The notes below the pieces were generated by a model, which was not told where the DNA came from, did no database searches, and saw only the letters and a list, made by a program, of their open reading frames with translations. From Octopus sinensis (lineage: Eukaryota): a DNA stretch of 64,000 nucleotides. Every line of letters starts with the position of its first letter. Position 1 is the first letter of the stretch. The DNA lies in NCBI RefSeq assembly GCF_006345805.1, contig NC_043004.1:35216001-35280000 (forward strand), given 5' to 3'. Shown piece by piece: positions 27,680 to 41,190 of the stretch. The position numbers and the translations under genes are program-made.

Positions 27680-27891
27680 ATTCAGATTACTGTCAAATGT
27701 AACGCTTGTCATTTACATTTTTTAAAATTAATCATGAATTATCTTATAGTTTAGGGATTTCAAAGGTGTGATTGCTTATTTTTAGAATGATATTGCGGGA
27801 TAAGTGTGAGACACTGACTCTGGCCAGTTTGGGCATAAAACTGGTAGAATATTTCAGCCAGATATGGCCAGTTTAAATGCTAAAGGGTTAA
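27680..27891 (-). mobile_element. piggyBac-like MITE copy
   Basis: Ends gtttaaatgctaaagggttaa; homologous to 52313-52531. Confidence 0.75.
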
Positions 27892-30252
27892 ATATAAATC
27901 TTCTATTCCAGTTAGAACTTATCTGCAGATGAACAAGAGCATTTTCCTGTTCTTTTGTTCTCTTTTGAAGGACAAAAACCCAAAGCATCAGATGTCCTAT
28001 CTTCATGACAATTAAATTTATTCAAAATTCTGCAACGGTCTTTTTCTTTTTGTTACTTCACCATTTTTCTTGCCTTCCAGGTTTTACTTTGAACAAAAAT
28101 AGTTTACCACTATTCTTTCTTGGCATAGACTCTCTGCTGGTTCCAATAAAATTATCAACATGAGACACACATATATTCAAGTCACTTTAAAAAAATGTCA
28201 AGGACATTAAAACAAAATCAGTCAAATTAAAATAAATATTTTATATTTTTCTTATAGTTTTAGATTAAAAATTTTGCATTTTAAAGATAAAGGAAGTGAA
28301 AAAAAAAAAAACAATTTATTTTATGCAAACTCTTTAATAGATTTATGAAATAACTTTTTTGTTTCATCATTTCTGATAACTTGAAAAATTTGTTTATATT
28401 TTTGATTTAGTGAAGAGTAAAAGAGAAAAAAAAAAAGAAAACAAATGAATAAATAAATAATTAAGCAATATAAATAAGCATATAAGCTTAATTTTATGAG
28501 TGAATGAACATATTCTTGCATCAAAGTTAAAAGTATGTGGAAAAATCTGAATAATGAAGAAATAGGGAAAAGTTATATAATGCAATGTTTTCTCAAAGAA
28601 AACTGATTAGTTGGTATATTTTCTCCAATACAAAGTGATTCTAAGTGATTTACTGAAGCTATGTAATATTGAAGACATTTCTAGAACAAAGAGCAATGTT
28701 TGTGGTTTGTTCTAGTCGTGGTGAAGTGCATTTTAGTAGGACAAGAAATAACCAAAAACGAAATATAAATATAGAGCGAAGCATTAGCTAACTCAATGTT
28801 TAGTGAAATATTTATTCATAGAAAGTACTTGTATCGAATGACAAAGCAACCATATAATAATTAACATGAGACATACTTTGCATGTGGTGTGTGTGTGTAT
28901 GTGTGTGTAATAGTTTTGTGGTTCCATACATACATAATCACACACACACACAAGCACATCCAAGTATGCCTCTTGTATATATTTCTATCTATTTGCATGT
29001 ATGTAAAATGTGTGTGTGAGTATGTGTGGTTTTTTCATTTTGTAGAAACTCATGCATGTGTGCTTATACACAAACATGTATATACACATGCACAGATACA
29101 CACACATATGTGCATATATATTATATATATATATTTACACACACACACACACATATATATATGTGTTTGTAAATATCATGAAGAAATCGGTGAAAGTAGG
29201 CAAACATTCATATGACAAGATGTCTGAGGAGACACATTGGCCAAGTGTGCCAATCTCTGCCTGGTGCCAGCTCTTATTTTACTGCCAATAATGATTGGTT
29301 GTCAAAGTCAACAGTGTAAACGATGATCAGAGCAGTCTGGTAATTGATTGGAAATACCAGCAAGTTGAAGAACTGCATGCAGAACATACTTGGTGTTGCC
29401 AACTTCGAGGCAAGTTAAAGAATTGGCTGCCATTATCTTACATTCTATATAGTATATTTGGAAGACATTATCCAAGTTACATGAGATGTTAGTTTTATAA
29501 CTTATTTGCAAACACCAACATATATATTTTTCTTACCACAAATAATTATATTCCAGTACCAAATGATGGTGAGCTTGTTAATACAGATTTAAAGAAATAA
29601 GAAAACAAGTAATTCTTCGGAGATAGAACCATCATTTTGTAATGTTCTTGAATCATTTACTCAGGGTAAGTTGATTCCTGTTTCCCAATATATTACTGTT
29701 ACAATTCCTATCGATGCTGTTTTGTACCTGTTTCCTATATATAAACTCCACCCCAAAACACCATTTTACTTACATTTCTTGACCTCTATCACTTCAGTTG
29801 TCACATTCTACTCCATCTGCCCCCTACAACTTTTCAATCAGTGACCAAAAAAAAACACAGCCACATACCCTCAATCAATCACCACCACCATCACCACCAC
29901 CATCACCATCACCATCATCATCATCATCACTGTCGTTATCATTTTAAATGTTCGCATTTCCATGTTTGCTTGGATGAGACAGAATTCATGGCAGCAGAGT
30001 TCTCTGTGGTTGGATGCCATTCCTGCCACCAGCATTCACCAGTTTCCAAACAAGATAAAATTTCCCCTTCGAAGATTGGAAACGGGATACATTTGTAAAA
30101 TGAGGATGGTTGTTTACAACAAGCGCATGATGTCCAAGACAAAGAGACACATGCAGGCACACACATGAACACACACACACACATACGCACAAACGCACAT
30201 ACTATTGATGTTTGTTTTTACATTCAGTTATAATAAAAACAAGTATGAATTC

Positions 30253-30379
30253 ATTATTCTTAAATAAGAATATTATTGACAGTGACTTCAAAGATTTGGC
30301 CATTAAAGCCATCATCAAATGATGACATAACTGGTTGAAACTTCAAAGTCACTGTCTACGATATTCTTGTTTAAGAATA

Positions 30380-30381
<2 letters not shown>
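30253..30381. repeat. Head-to-head inverted repeat carrying degenerate hammerhead cores (family D)
   Basis: attattcttaaataagaatattattgacagtgacttc / aagtcactgtctacgatattcttgtttaagaataat; plus arm tgatga...gaaacttcaaagtc; minus arm ttgatgatggc..ggccaaatctttgaagtc. Confidence 0.7.
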
Positions 30382-30413
<32 letters not shown>

Positions 30414-30524
30414 GTATATTTATTTATATATGTATATTTATTTATATATGTATATTTATTTATATATATATATCATAAATGAAAACTAAAAGAAACCTAT
30501 CATGTGTGTATATATATATATATA

Positions 30525-30755
30525 ATGGCTGTGTGGTAAGAAGCTTGCTTCCCAACCACATGGTTCCGGGTTCAGTCCCACTGCGTGGTACCTTGGGCAT
30601 GTATCTTCTACTATAGCCTCAGGCTGACCAAAGCCTTGTGAGTGGATTTGGTAAATGGAAACTAAAAGAACCCTGTCATATATATATATATGTGTGTGTG
30701 TGTGTCTATGTTTGTGCCCCCACCATTGCTTGACAACCAATGTCGGTGTGTTTAT
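30525..30755 (+). mobile_element. SINE family S1, truncated by the gap
   Basis: Match to the S1 5' half. Confidence 0.85.
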
Positions 30756-30855
30756 NNNNNNNNNNNNNNNNNNNNNNNNNNNNNNNNNNNNNNNNNNNNN
30801 NNNNNNNNNNNNNNNNNNNNNNNNNNNNNNNNNNNNNNNNNNNNNNNNNNNNNNN
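30756..30855. other. Assembly gap (100 N)
   Basis: Run of n. Confidence 1.
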
Positions 30856-30931
30856 TGTATGTATGTGTATATATATATGTATATATATATATGTATGTAT
30901 GTGTATATATATATGTATATATATATGTATG

Positions 30932-30972
<41 letters not shown>

Positions 30973-31102
30973 GTATGTATGTATGTGTATATATATATAT
31001 ATGTATACATACATATATATATCCCCTTTTCCACAGTTATATACCCATATCTGTATGTGTGATGATAAATGTATGTATCCCTCAGTCAACTCTCTCCTCC
31101 CA

Positions 31103-31143
<41 letters not shown>

Positions 31144-31240
31144 TTCCTAATTCTTCATTTGTAATGTCGCTGTCATTTCAGAAAGTAAATTTTTATTGTT
31201 CACTTAGGAAGTTCACTTTTGCATGAAGTTGTGTCTAACA

Positions 31241-31296
<56 letters not shown>

Positions 31297-31551
31297 GCAC
31301 GCACATTGAACATCATGATGTAAACAGCACATATGTGAGAATGTGCTGTGAATAAGGATAAGCTTAAAAGCTGTGCTAAAGCTGGCTGAAATACTGCAAA
31401 ACCTTCCAATTATTTACAAGAATTGACGTTAATTTGCTAGGTGTTCCATTAGTTTGCTTAATTCCCTTCTGAGCAAAGATTTATGTTGAGAAAGTTTAAC
31501 TCAACTATCTACCATTACATTTCTTTTTATATGTATGTGTGTGTGCATGTG

Positions 31552-31609
<58 letters not shown>

Positions 31610-32297
31610 CATATGTATATACATATATATGTTTGTGTATATATGCATGTATATATATATATATCTACAAATGTATATATATATATGTGTGTGTATATAT
31701 GTGCATGTATGTATGTGTGTATGTATATATGTATGTATGTATGTATGTGTGTGTGTGTGTGTCTCTAGCAGGGTTATTTGATTTATGACTGACACACCCA
31801 GCAACATACACCTACATATACAGAATTAACACACACAGAGTGTAGCAATAAACACACATACACAAACAACCACCAAGATTTCAATAGAAACAGTGGTCAG
31901 AAATTTATGGATACTTGACCAGTTTTGCCTTAAAATTTATAACCAAGAAGTCTGCAAGTTGGACCGCTTGGAGTGACTAAACAAAGGCTGGATTGAATTA
32001 ATTCTTTGATTTACCAAAAGATGAGTAGCAATAGAGGAGATTTAAAGCTGATTCTATTGAAAACAATTGAAATAAAAATTGCTAATTATAACAGTCTGTG
32101 GAAAATTTAAATGGTTAAATGGTGAGGATGCAGCAAGCTTAGCAACATAACAAGTATTAACATAATATGAAGCATTAATTAAATTATGAAATGCTAAATT
32201 CTTATGAATATATTTATGCAGTTTGTTATATTTTATCACAAGCATTTCTAAGATTATATCCACATCAACACTGTAGTTAAAATTGTATCAGACTCTG

Positions 32298-32718
32298 ATA
32301 ATGAGTTGTTTTTGCTATCTTGGGACACAAAACTCTGCTTGCGAAGAACTGTTGAGGCAAGTGAAATCGAAATCGATCAAAAATCAATGGAAATTGTTGT
32401 TGTGATACCAGTGCTGGTGGCATGTAAAAGAACCATCCGAATGTGACCGTTGCCAGCGCCGCCTCGACTGGCCTCTGTGCTGGTGGCACGTAAAAAGCAC
32501 CAACCGATCGTGGCCATTGCCAGCTCTGCCTGGCACCTGTGCTGGAGGCACGTAAAAAGCACCCACTACACTCACGGAGTGGTTGGCATTAGGAAGGGCA
32601 TCCAGCTGTAGAAACACTGCCAGATCAGACTGGGCCTGGTGCAGCCTCCTGGCTTCTCAGACCCTGGTCAAACCGTCCAACCCATGCTAGCATGGAAAGC
32701 AGACGTTAAATGATGATG
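32298..32718 (+). mobile_element. Family S3 RTE-tail repeat
   Basis: Highly similar to 24706-25072. Confidence 0.9.
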
Positions 32719-33075
32719 AGATGATAATTACTGGATATGGTCTTTATATTGTTGCTCTCTTTCTAATATGCACAAGGAACGATGTCTCATTACTCGTGTA
32801 GATTCCAAGATCATGCACTGATTTATGACTCCAGGATTGCAATATGCTTTCATCATCCTCTTGTATATTCCACCTGTGAACTGTTTGTAGGCTAGTAGTG
32901 GAACACTCGAAATTTCTTTACAGTTGAACTACTCGTTATTTTCTTCAGCCTACCTCTACGAGGCATTTCAATTTCACTATAGATTTGCATTATTCTGAGA
33001 GTCCTTGACTGCCTGTCGTACTTTTGCATTGCCAGCACAGCCAGTCATAGACACTGATTGTATAACTGAAGGCAG

Positions 33076-33378
33076 TGTGAAGGTGCATGGCTTAGTGGTT
33101 AGGGCTATTCAGCTCATGATCATAAGGTCATGAGTTCAATTCATGATAGCACATTCTGTCCTTCAGCAAAAAACTTTATTTCTCATCACTGTAGTCCACC
33201 CAGCTGGCAAAAATGAGTCGTCGTACCTGAAATTCTAAGGGGCCAGCCTTGTCACACTTAATGTCACATTGAATATCCCTGGGAAGTACATTAGGGGTAC
33301 ATAAGTCTGTGGAGTACTCAGCCACAATCACATTAATTTCATGAGAACCCTTGTCATTGTAACTGACAGAATACCAGT
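33076..33378 (+). mobile_element. SINE family S5
   Basis: Match to the 13968 copy. Confidence 0.8.
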
Positions 33379-34017
33379 TCTTCTTTCATGAATGAATTCA
33401 TGTCTGAGAGAGCCACCATTAACAGTCATATTGTCTCAAATCAATAAATTCCCTGAAGCAACTCTGCTGCGAACTGATGTATCTTCAGAGGGAACACTGT
33501 TGCCTCTTACTTCCTGACTACACTGCTACCATTTAAAAAAAAAAGTCAGGCAGTCACTGCTCTAACTTGTAATGTATCATTCCATGACCAACTTATAATG
33601 TAAGTCATCTCAAAGGCAAGATATATCACCCCCACATTTAAATGAATACACACATATTTATACATATACACATAGATGGATAGTTAGATAGACAGATAGA
33701 TAGATAGATATACATAGATAAATTCATATGCATGTGTGTACACATACTTATATTTTTGCACACACACACACATACATACAAACACACACACACTCTCACA
33801 CGTGTACATGCACAAACATACATATATTCATTTATAAGTAAATAAATGGAGTTGAATGCAGATGCTATTCAAATTCTTTTACTTTCGACATATGTTTCGA
33901 AGACAACATTGCATTTTACACCATTTATTCTTTTGGAATAAAACCAATCTTCTCATCAGGAAAGAAAGAGAACCTAACGATAAACAAAGGATAATTAATT
34001 CATCCATTTATATATAC

Positions 34018-34054
<37 letters not shown>

Positions 34055-35295
34055 GTATATGCACACATACATTGGAGGACTTATAAATCTGTATAAGCAG
34101 AGATCATTAAATGCTGTGATTTTCTGTGCATTTATTTATTTTCTCATTGTTAACTCCATGCTTTGTATTTTCCAAAAATAGTCTTACAATCCGCTGCCAC
34201 CCAATTAACGAGATCTAACAGTACAGTAGAACATAAACTATGTACCTATTACCGTTCTCTACTCCTCCCTTGAACTGATCTCTTTTGTTAATATGTAATT
34301 TTCTGTCTTCATAACCTGGTTCCTCTGCTTCATTTTTGATGATTTTTCCAGGAATATAATAATCTCACTTGACTTTTGTTTGTTTACCAAGCCTTTGTCT
34401 AACATTCCACTCATCTCTCCATTTCTTAGTTGCCATTAATTTCTATGAAAATGACAATATTCAGGATTATTATATTTCAGTTCTTACTTCATTAATTCTC
34501 CTGCTGTTGTTGCTATGACAATCTTGACCGTTTTCCTGATCTTTGCTTTAGTCAAAGGAATTGATATTTGCCCCATCCTTTTGCCAACTTCCAAGAAACA
34601 GATAACTTGCTTCATTATAAACATGGAATGCAAATATCTCTACAAGAGCCGTTACACTGAATTAACATGGATTTAGTTTACAGAGAGCCTTTACATCTAC
34701 AAGATGGGTTTTCTGGTGTCACTGACATGAGGAGAACATCAGATCCACTTTCCTTGTGTTTGATAAGAACATTTAGTTGTAAATCTCTCCTTATTAATCC
34801 TGTAACACAGTTCTTAAAAGTAGAAACATGTCAGGAATTGTCAGAGCACTTACCAAACAATCAAATTTAACCTTGCTCTGCTGGCACCATTTAATATTTT
34901 ACCATTTTGAATTTAGAGGTTGTCTCCCTTACCACTGAAAAAAATTTTCATTAACACAATGACTGTTTATCTTTATTTCGTTTTTGGATTTGGTTTGCAA
35001 GATTCTTTATATGATTTTGTGTTGAGGCATATTCTGCTGTGTCTGGGGAGAGTCATTTTCTTTTTGGGCCTTATAATGTAAGGCACACTTTTTTTGCAAG
35101 ACGCAACGAAAATTTTAGGAAAATAAAGATAAGAAAAAAAGTGGAAATTTTACCGGTGTGTGTGTTTATCTTTAATTTCATTGTTAGTAATTTTTGATTT
35201 ATTAAAAATGTTTGTCAGCTCAGCCCACTGAGGGTTGGTGCTCCCACTGAAGTATGTATTTAATTATATCTCCATTAACAGCACTGGTACTTGTT

Positions 35296-35634
35296 TATTC
35301 TTTTATTTGTTTCAGGTGACTGTGGCCAAATTGACCCCAGGACTTATTCTTTGTAAGCCTAGTACTTATTCTATCAGTCTCTTTTGCCGAACCGCTAAGT
35401 TACGGGTACATAAACAACCCAACATTGATTGTCAAGCAATCATGGAGGGACAAACACAGACACACACACACACGATGGGCTTCTTTCAGTTTCCATCTAC
35501 AAAATCCTTTCACAAGCTTTGGTCAGCCTGAAGCTATAGTAGAAGACATTTACCCAAGTTGCCATGCAGTGGGATTGAACCCAGGACCATGTGGCTGGGA
35601 AGCAAGCTTCTTACCACACAGCCACTCCTGTGTC
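35296..35634 (-). mobile_element. SINE family S1
   Basis: Reverse-complement match. Confidence 0.85.
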
Positions 35635-36867
35635 TATAGCCAGCATTGTGTCACGTAGATATATTGCTAGAAATTCAACATCAGCTTGTTATAATAATAA
35701 TGAAAATGATTAACAACTATTTATTACCAATTATTAACATTTCAGTTGTCCCAGGACGCCAAAATAATTGCCAAAGATGTAACTGAAGAAAGAAAACACT
35801 TTATACCCCACCATTTAAATGTGCATGTTTAATAACTGGTAAATATTCTTTTCTACTTTAGGCACAAGGCCCGAAATTTTGGGAGAGTGAACCAGTTGAT
35901 TAAATTGACTCCAGTATGCAACTGGTACTTAATTTATCAACCCTGAAAGGATGAAAGGCAAAGTCGACCTCGGCAGAATTCGATCTCGGAACGTAAAGAC
36001 CTGTGAAATACTGCTAATGTTTCTGCCAGCTTGCTGCCTTGTAACAGGTAAATATTACCAATACTCTAACTACTTAACCAATGACAATCATAGCTACAAT
36101 GTCATGACCATCACCATTGACTGTTGTACAACCCATCACTGAATATCACCTATCCAACCCTCAAATTAAAAAGATTAATTGATTAATAGTCGTCTTTCTA
36201 TACAATTATATCCCTCTGATGCTCCTACCAAAATTGGTAATTTTGGAACCAAATTCCTGCCTGTTTATTTCATCCTGTTATATTTTATAATTCGCATTAA
36301 ACTTAAAAGCCAGCTGGCAGAATCGTTAGAATGCTAGGCAAAACACCAAGTGGCATTTGTCCATCTTTACATTCTAAGTTCAAAGTTTGCCAAGATTGAC
36401 TGCATTTCATCCTTTTTAGGGTTGATAAAATAAGTACCAGATGAATATTGAGGTCAATGTAATCAACTTAACTCTCTCCTGATATTGCTGGTCTTGTGCC
36501 AAAATTTGAAAACAATATTCCAAAAGCATGAGTCTGAGTAGGTCTTTAACAAAAACAGAAAAACAAATGGCCAGGGCAATGCCTTTCCTTGTTTGGATTA
36601 ATTTAATAAATGAAAGTTGCAGGATCAATATTTCAATTTTATTTTCTTCTTGAAATTTCAGATGAGTAAAACCACGATGCTTCTTTTGAACAAAACCAAC
36701 AACAGAGAAGAATTTGGAATTGAAATTGGAATAAAACCTCAAGTTGAAATTCAATGAAAAAAAAGCACAAGAAATGTTCCATCATGGACAAGTGAATCTC
36801 AGTTTCTTTTCAATTAATTTTTCTTTTAAGAACAATTTTCAATTTCCAAATAAAAATTCTTTCATGA

Positions 36868-36900
<33 letters not shown>

Positions 36901-37480
36901 AACAATAACATTTTCTCTACTTTTTGTTTAAGAAAGCATCTGCTTTATACGAATTTCTGAGGAAAATGTTTAAAAGCCCTGGAAATGAAATTCCAAAGTC
37001 AAAATTTAATAAAGATATCTTGCATAGGAGCAAAAGGATCTGAAGATCATTAAAATGATGACAGAAAATATAATAACCATGGTGACATATTTGTTTTTAA
37101 TGGTTTCACCAGAAAGAGAAGGGCAAAGTTCTTTATTCTGAAGGAGACTGAGACTAATGTGGAGAAAATAAACTAAAAAACATAATTGATAGTTCATTCT
37201 CAGATTGAAAACCTGGATATAAGGCTTATAAAAGCACAGATTCAGTTAAATGTACCCAAGAACCAGGTGGTAGTTTTAAACCAAGCTAATGGATTATGTC
37301 TACCCCTAAGAACAGGTACAGTCACAGCTGATGGGCTTATGTGCCACCTGCACGGGAGCACGTAAAAAGCACCATCTGAACGTGGCCGATGCCAGTGACC
37401 CCTGACTTTCTCCCGTGTCAGTGGCATGTAAAAAGCACCCACTACAGTCTCAGAGTGGTTGACATTAGGAAGGGCATCCT

Positions 37481-37688
37481 GTGGGCATATGGCGTAGTGG
37501 TTAAGAGTATGGGCTACTAACCCCAAGATTCTGAGTTCGATTCCAGCAAAATATACCTTAGGAATGAAAAACTAGGTTTGAAATTTCCCCAAGACACCTG
37601 ATGAAGGCTGGAGGGTATATCAGCCGAAACATTGTGTTAACAACAAACAAGATGAGAACAAAATCCGTCAAAATGTAAATAATGTACT
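37481..37688 (+). mobile_element. Family A standalone unit (tRNA-like head + hammerhead) inserted in an S3 repeat
   Basis: gggcatatggcgtagtggttaagag...ctactaa...gagttcgattcc...accttaggaatg...HHR...aatgtaaataatgta; S3 sequence on both sides. Confidence 0.85.
37592..37638 (+). ncRNA. Minimal type-I hammerhead (family A)
   Basis: gacac-CTGATGA-a-GGCTG gagggtatat CAGCC-GAAAC-att-gtgtt; the inferred consensus GAAACGTT has a CpG-type change here. Confidence 0.75.
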
Positions 37689-38720
37689 TAGACAAAAAAA
37701 AATCTAACCCATGCCAGCTTGGAAAGTGGACGTTAAACGATGATAATGATGAGATTTCACTATAAAAACTTGGATCAACCCAACACTATGGTGGAATCAA
37801 TTTTTCCAAAGGTGCTGTAGTTTGTGATCAAACCCAGAACACACTATTCTTAAACATAAAGTCATATCCTAGTCACATTATCTTGATTCTAGCCAAAACT
37901 GGTGCTTTTTATTTATTTATTATTATTATTTTTTTTTTTGGCATCCAAAGCAGAAATCCAGAAGATGTCATAGATTAGTCAATGACATCTCAGCTAGTTT
38001 TCAGATGAATATCTGAAGAATTCTAAAGAATTAGAAAATTCCTGAAGGATATTTGAGTTCACTAACTTTAACGTCTAAATAACTTTATTTTCTCCAAAGC
38101 TAAACAAAACAAAAAATTACATAGGTTTATATTCATGCATCTACATAAATTTATTATGCATATAGTTTGGCAAAATTAATTCTAGAGGAAATTTTCCAAA
38201 CTATTAACCCCCTTATTTAGAGCTTCTATTAACAAATTTCAACTGGTTTGATCTTTAATTATCGTTAGGTATCACCTTTGAAGTTAATAGTCCCAAAGTT
38301 TTAATTATTCTAGAAACATCTTCCAGAAACTTATAATCATTTATTTTATTGTTTTAAATTTAATTTTCTGAGACAAATTCAGTTGGATTTTATTTTGCTT
38401 TAGTTTTTGAACTCAGATATGTAACCAGAGCAACTTCTTTCACAGTTGGATACTTTGCTGTTTTTTCTTTTGCTATGTTACATCCAATTTCCCCTGCTGC
38501 AATGGTTAGCAACATTTTTTTTATACATCTCTACAGTTTCACAGTCTTAGAATAATCATATTAAAAATAATCTTTCTAACACTGACCGTTCAGCTGTGAA
38601 ATAGAAGAAAAACCTGTGGACAGTGTGTTCACTAGACTAAAGTGTGTGGGCAGAGTTTCCTCTTCATAAGAAGTACAATACACTGACTAAATACTACTAC
38701 TACTAATAATAATAATAATA

Positions 38721-40090
38721 TTTGGTATGAGCACAAACCACAGAGTGTTAGTCAGAGACTAGTAATATCCTCTGGGATCTCCCAATCCAAACAGATCAGG
38801 TGCTGGAGCATAACAGAGTGGACCCAATGGTGGTGGACAAGGTACACCATATATGCGATATAGTTGATGCTGCTTGCCTTTTTGACCCACAAATAGTCAA
38901 AAAGAAAGATGAAAAGATAGAGATACAATCCTCTTAAGTATGAAATAGCCTGGCTATCTAAGTATTAGATAGCTGAAAAGAATGAATAACATGGTACCGT
39001 AGGCTGGAGGTAGCAAGCATGCTATGCATGCAAGACTCCAGGAGCTCCAACAAAACCTTTGATGAAGAAAAAAAAAATAATAATAATAAAAATGCATGGT
39101 AGATTCTCAAAGATAGTTGCAGAAAGGAAAGCTGAAAAGGGGGGCAGAAAGTTTGTTAGTAATAGCATAAGATCAAGCATTAAGGTCTAATTGGATAAAA
39201 GCCAAGATAAACAAAAACCAAGTAGATTCCCAATGAAGATTATGCAAATCAAAAGAGGTAAGCGTTACTGATATGGTAAGTGAATGCAGCAGGCTGGCAG
39301 AAAAAGAATACAAGAAAAGACATAACAACCTAGGGAGAGCAATCCACTTGGAACTATATAGAAAGGTAGGATTTGACCATACCGATAAATGGTATAAACA
39401 TGAACCTAGTAAAGTACAAGAAAGTAAGAAATACAAGATGTTGTGTGACTTTAATATTCAGACTGACAGAGGAATAGAAGCTAGAAGGCCTCATTTAGTA
39501 GTAGTAGATAAAGAGAATAGAAAGTGCCAGATAACTGACTGTGGTGAGCTGGCAGAATCATTACCACGCCGGGCAAAATGCTTGGCGGTATTTCATCTGC
39601 TGCTACGTTCTGAGTTCAAATTCCGCCAAGGTTGACTTTGCATTTCATCCTTTTGAGGTCGATAAATTAAGTACCAGTTACGCACTGGGGTCAGTATAAT
39701 CGACTTAATCCCTTTATCTGTCCTTGTTTGTCCCCTCTATGTTTAGCCCTTTGTAGGCAATAAAGAAATAAGATAATTGACTTTACAGTCCCAAGTGATG
39801 GAAAATTAATATGAGAGGTATAGAAAAAGTAGCAAAGTGCCAGGACTTAGCCATTGAATTACAGAGAATATGGAAAGTGCGGGTAAAATGTTTCCCTGTA
39901 GTTATAGCTGCATTAGGAACTATCCCTAAAAGTTTGAACAGATGGAAATAGGCATAAAACCCAGTAGAGCTCCAGAAAACAGTGTTATTAGGGACAGCTT
40001 GGTTACTTAGGGGGTTTCTTGGCATCTAAGCTTACTAGTTGCAGCCTGATGTTAGGAATTTTTATTTTCCAACAGTCTAATCTGTTGTAT
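38721..40090 (+). mobile_element. Two tandem 5'-truncated R4/Dong-like RLE retrotransposon remnants in (AAT)n
   Basis: ILWDLPIQTDQVLEHNR..; SECSRLAEKEYKKRHN...WYKHEP...DFNIQTDRGIEARRPHLVVVDK; each starts after an AAT run; second copy split by an S2 SINE. Confidence 0.85.
39541..39771 (+). mobile_element. SINE family S2 with TSD
   Basis: TSD gataactgact / gataattgact. Confidence 0.9.
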
Positions 40091-40438
40091 CAACATCATT
40101 TAATGTTTGTTTTCTATGCTGGTATGGGTTGGACGGTTTGACTGAAGTCAGGAAAGCCAGTGGCTGCTCCAGGCACCAGTCTGCTCTGGCATAGATTCTA
40201 CAGCTGGATGCCCTTCCCAATGCCAACCACTCCAGTGAAATAACGGTATGAGTGAACTCACAGTATGATCTAATGAAGGATATATTTCAACAATCACCTA
40301 AGGAAGCGCATCTTATATCTTGGATGGATTATACATGTTACTATCATCTCACCAATGTACCAAGAGTGTAAAAATGAAATTGAAACAATTGTAGTGATTT
40401 TAAATAAAGAATATCGTTCAATCCATTTGCTATTATTC

Positions 40439-40471
<33 letters not shown>

Positions 40472-40499
40472 TATATCAATGTCTATATACATATGTATT

Positions 40500-41190
40500 C
40501 ATCATCATCATCATCATCATCATTTAACGTCCATTTTTCCGTGCTGGCATGGGTTGGACAGTTTGATTGGAGTTGGTAAGGCCAGGGTCACACCAGACAC
40601 CCTTTTCTGTTCTGGCATCGTTTATATAGTTAGATACCCGCCCTAACGCCAACCACTTTAGTGTGTTCTGGGAGTTTTTTTATATGGTACTAGCACCAGT
40701 GCTTTTAATGCAGCACTAGCACCGGTATTAATTCTACTGGAGTGGCCAGGTCTTCTGAAGAACAGCAAGGTGCCAATTATCTCAGTCTTCAATACGTTGT
40801 TCCATGTCTTCCTGGGTCTCCTTCTCCCACAAGTTCTATCCACTTTAAGCAACTAGCACTCCTGTATGCAACTCTCTACATCCATACACATCACATGATG
40901 AAACCAATTCAGTCTTTCCTCTTGTACACTGCATCAAATTTCTCTTATACTTAATTTTTCTCTCAATACACATGTACACTGACATTGCACATCCTTAAGA
41001 GCGTCCTAGCTTCATTCCTCTTCAGCTTTTGCAGGTCTTCTGCATTCAAGGACCATGCTTCACTAAAATATAATATTGCTATTCATATACATGCATTGTA
41101 CAACCTTCCTTTCACTTAAAGAGAGAGAGACCTTTTTGTTGCCAACAGAGGTAAGAGTTCTCTGAATTTTCTCCATCCTATTATTCTGGG
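40500..41190 (-). mobile_element. RTE LINE 3' remnant joined to the S3 tail
   Basis: LKVDRTCGRRRPRKTWNNVLK (RTE C-terminus) runs into S3 sequence ending in (GAT)n. Confidence 0.8.

Noticed and set aside
29841-30098. Poly-His ORF
   Set aside because: (CAC/CAT)n microsatellite forming the tail of a degenerate S3-like repeat.
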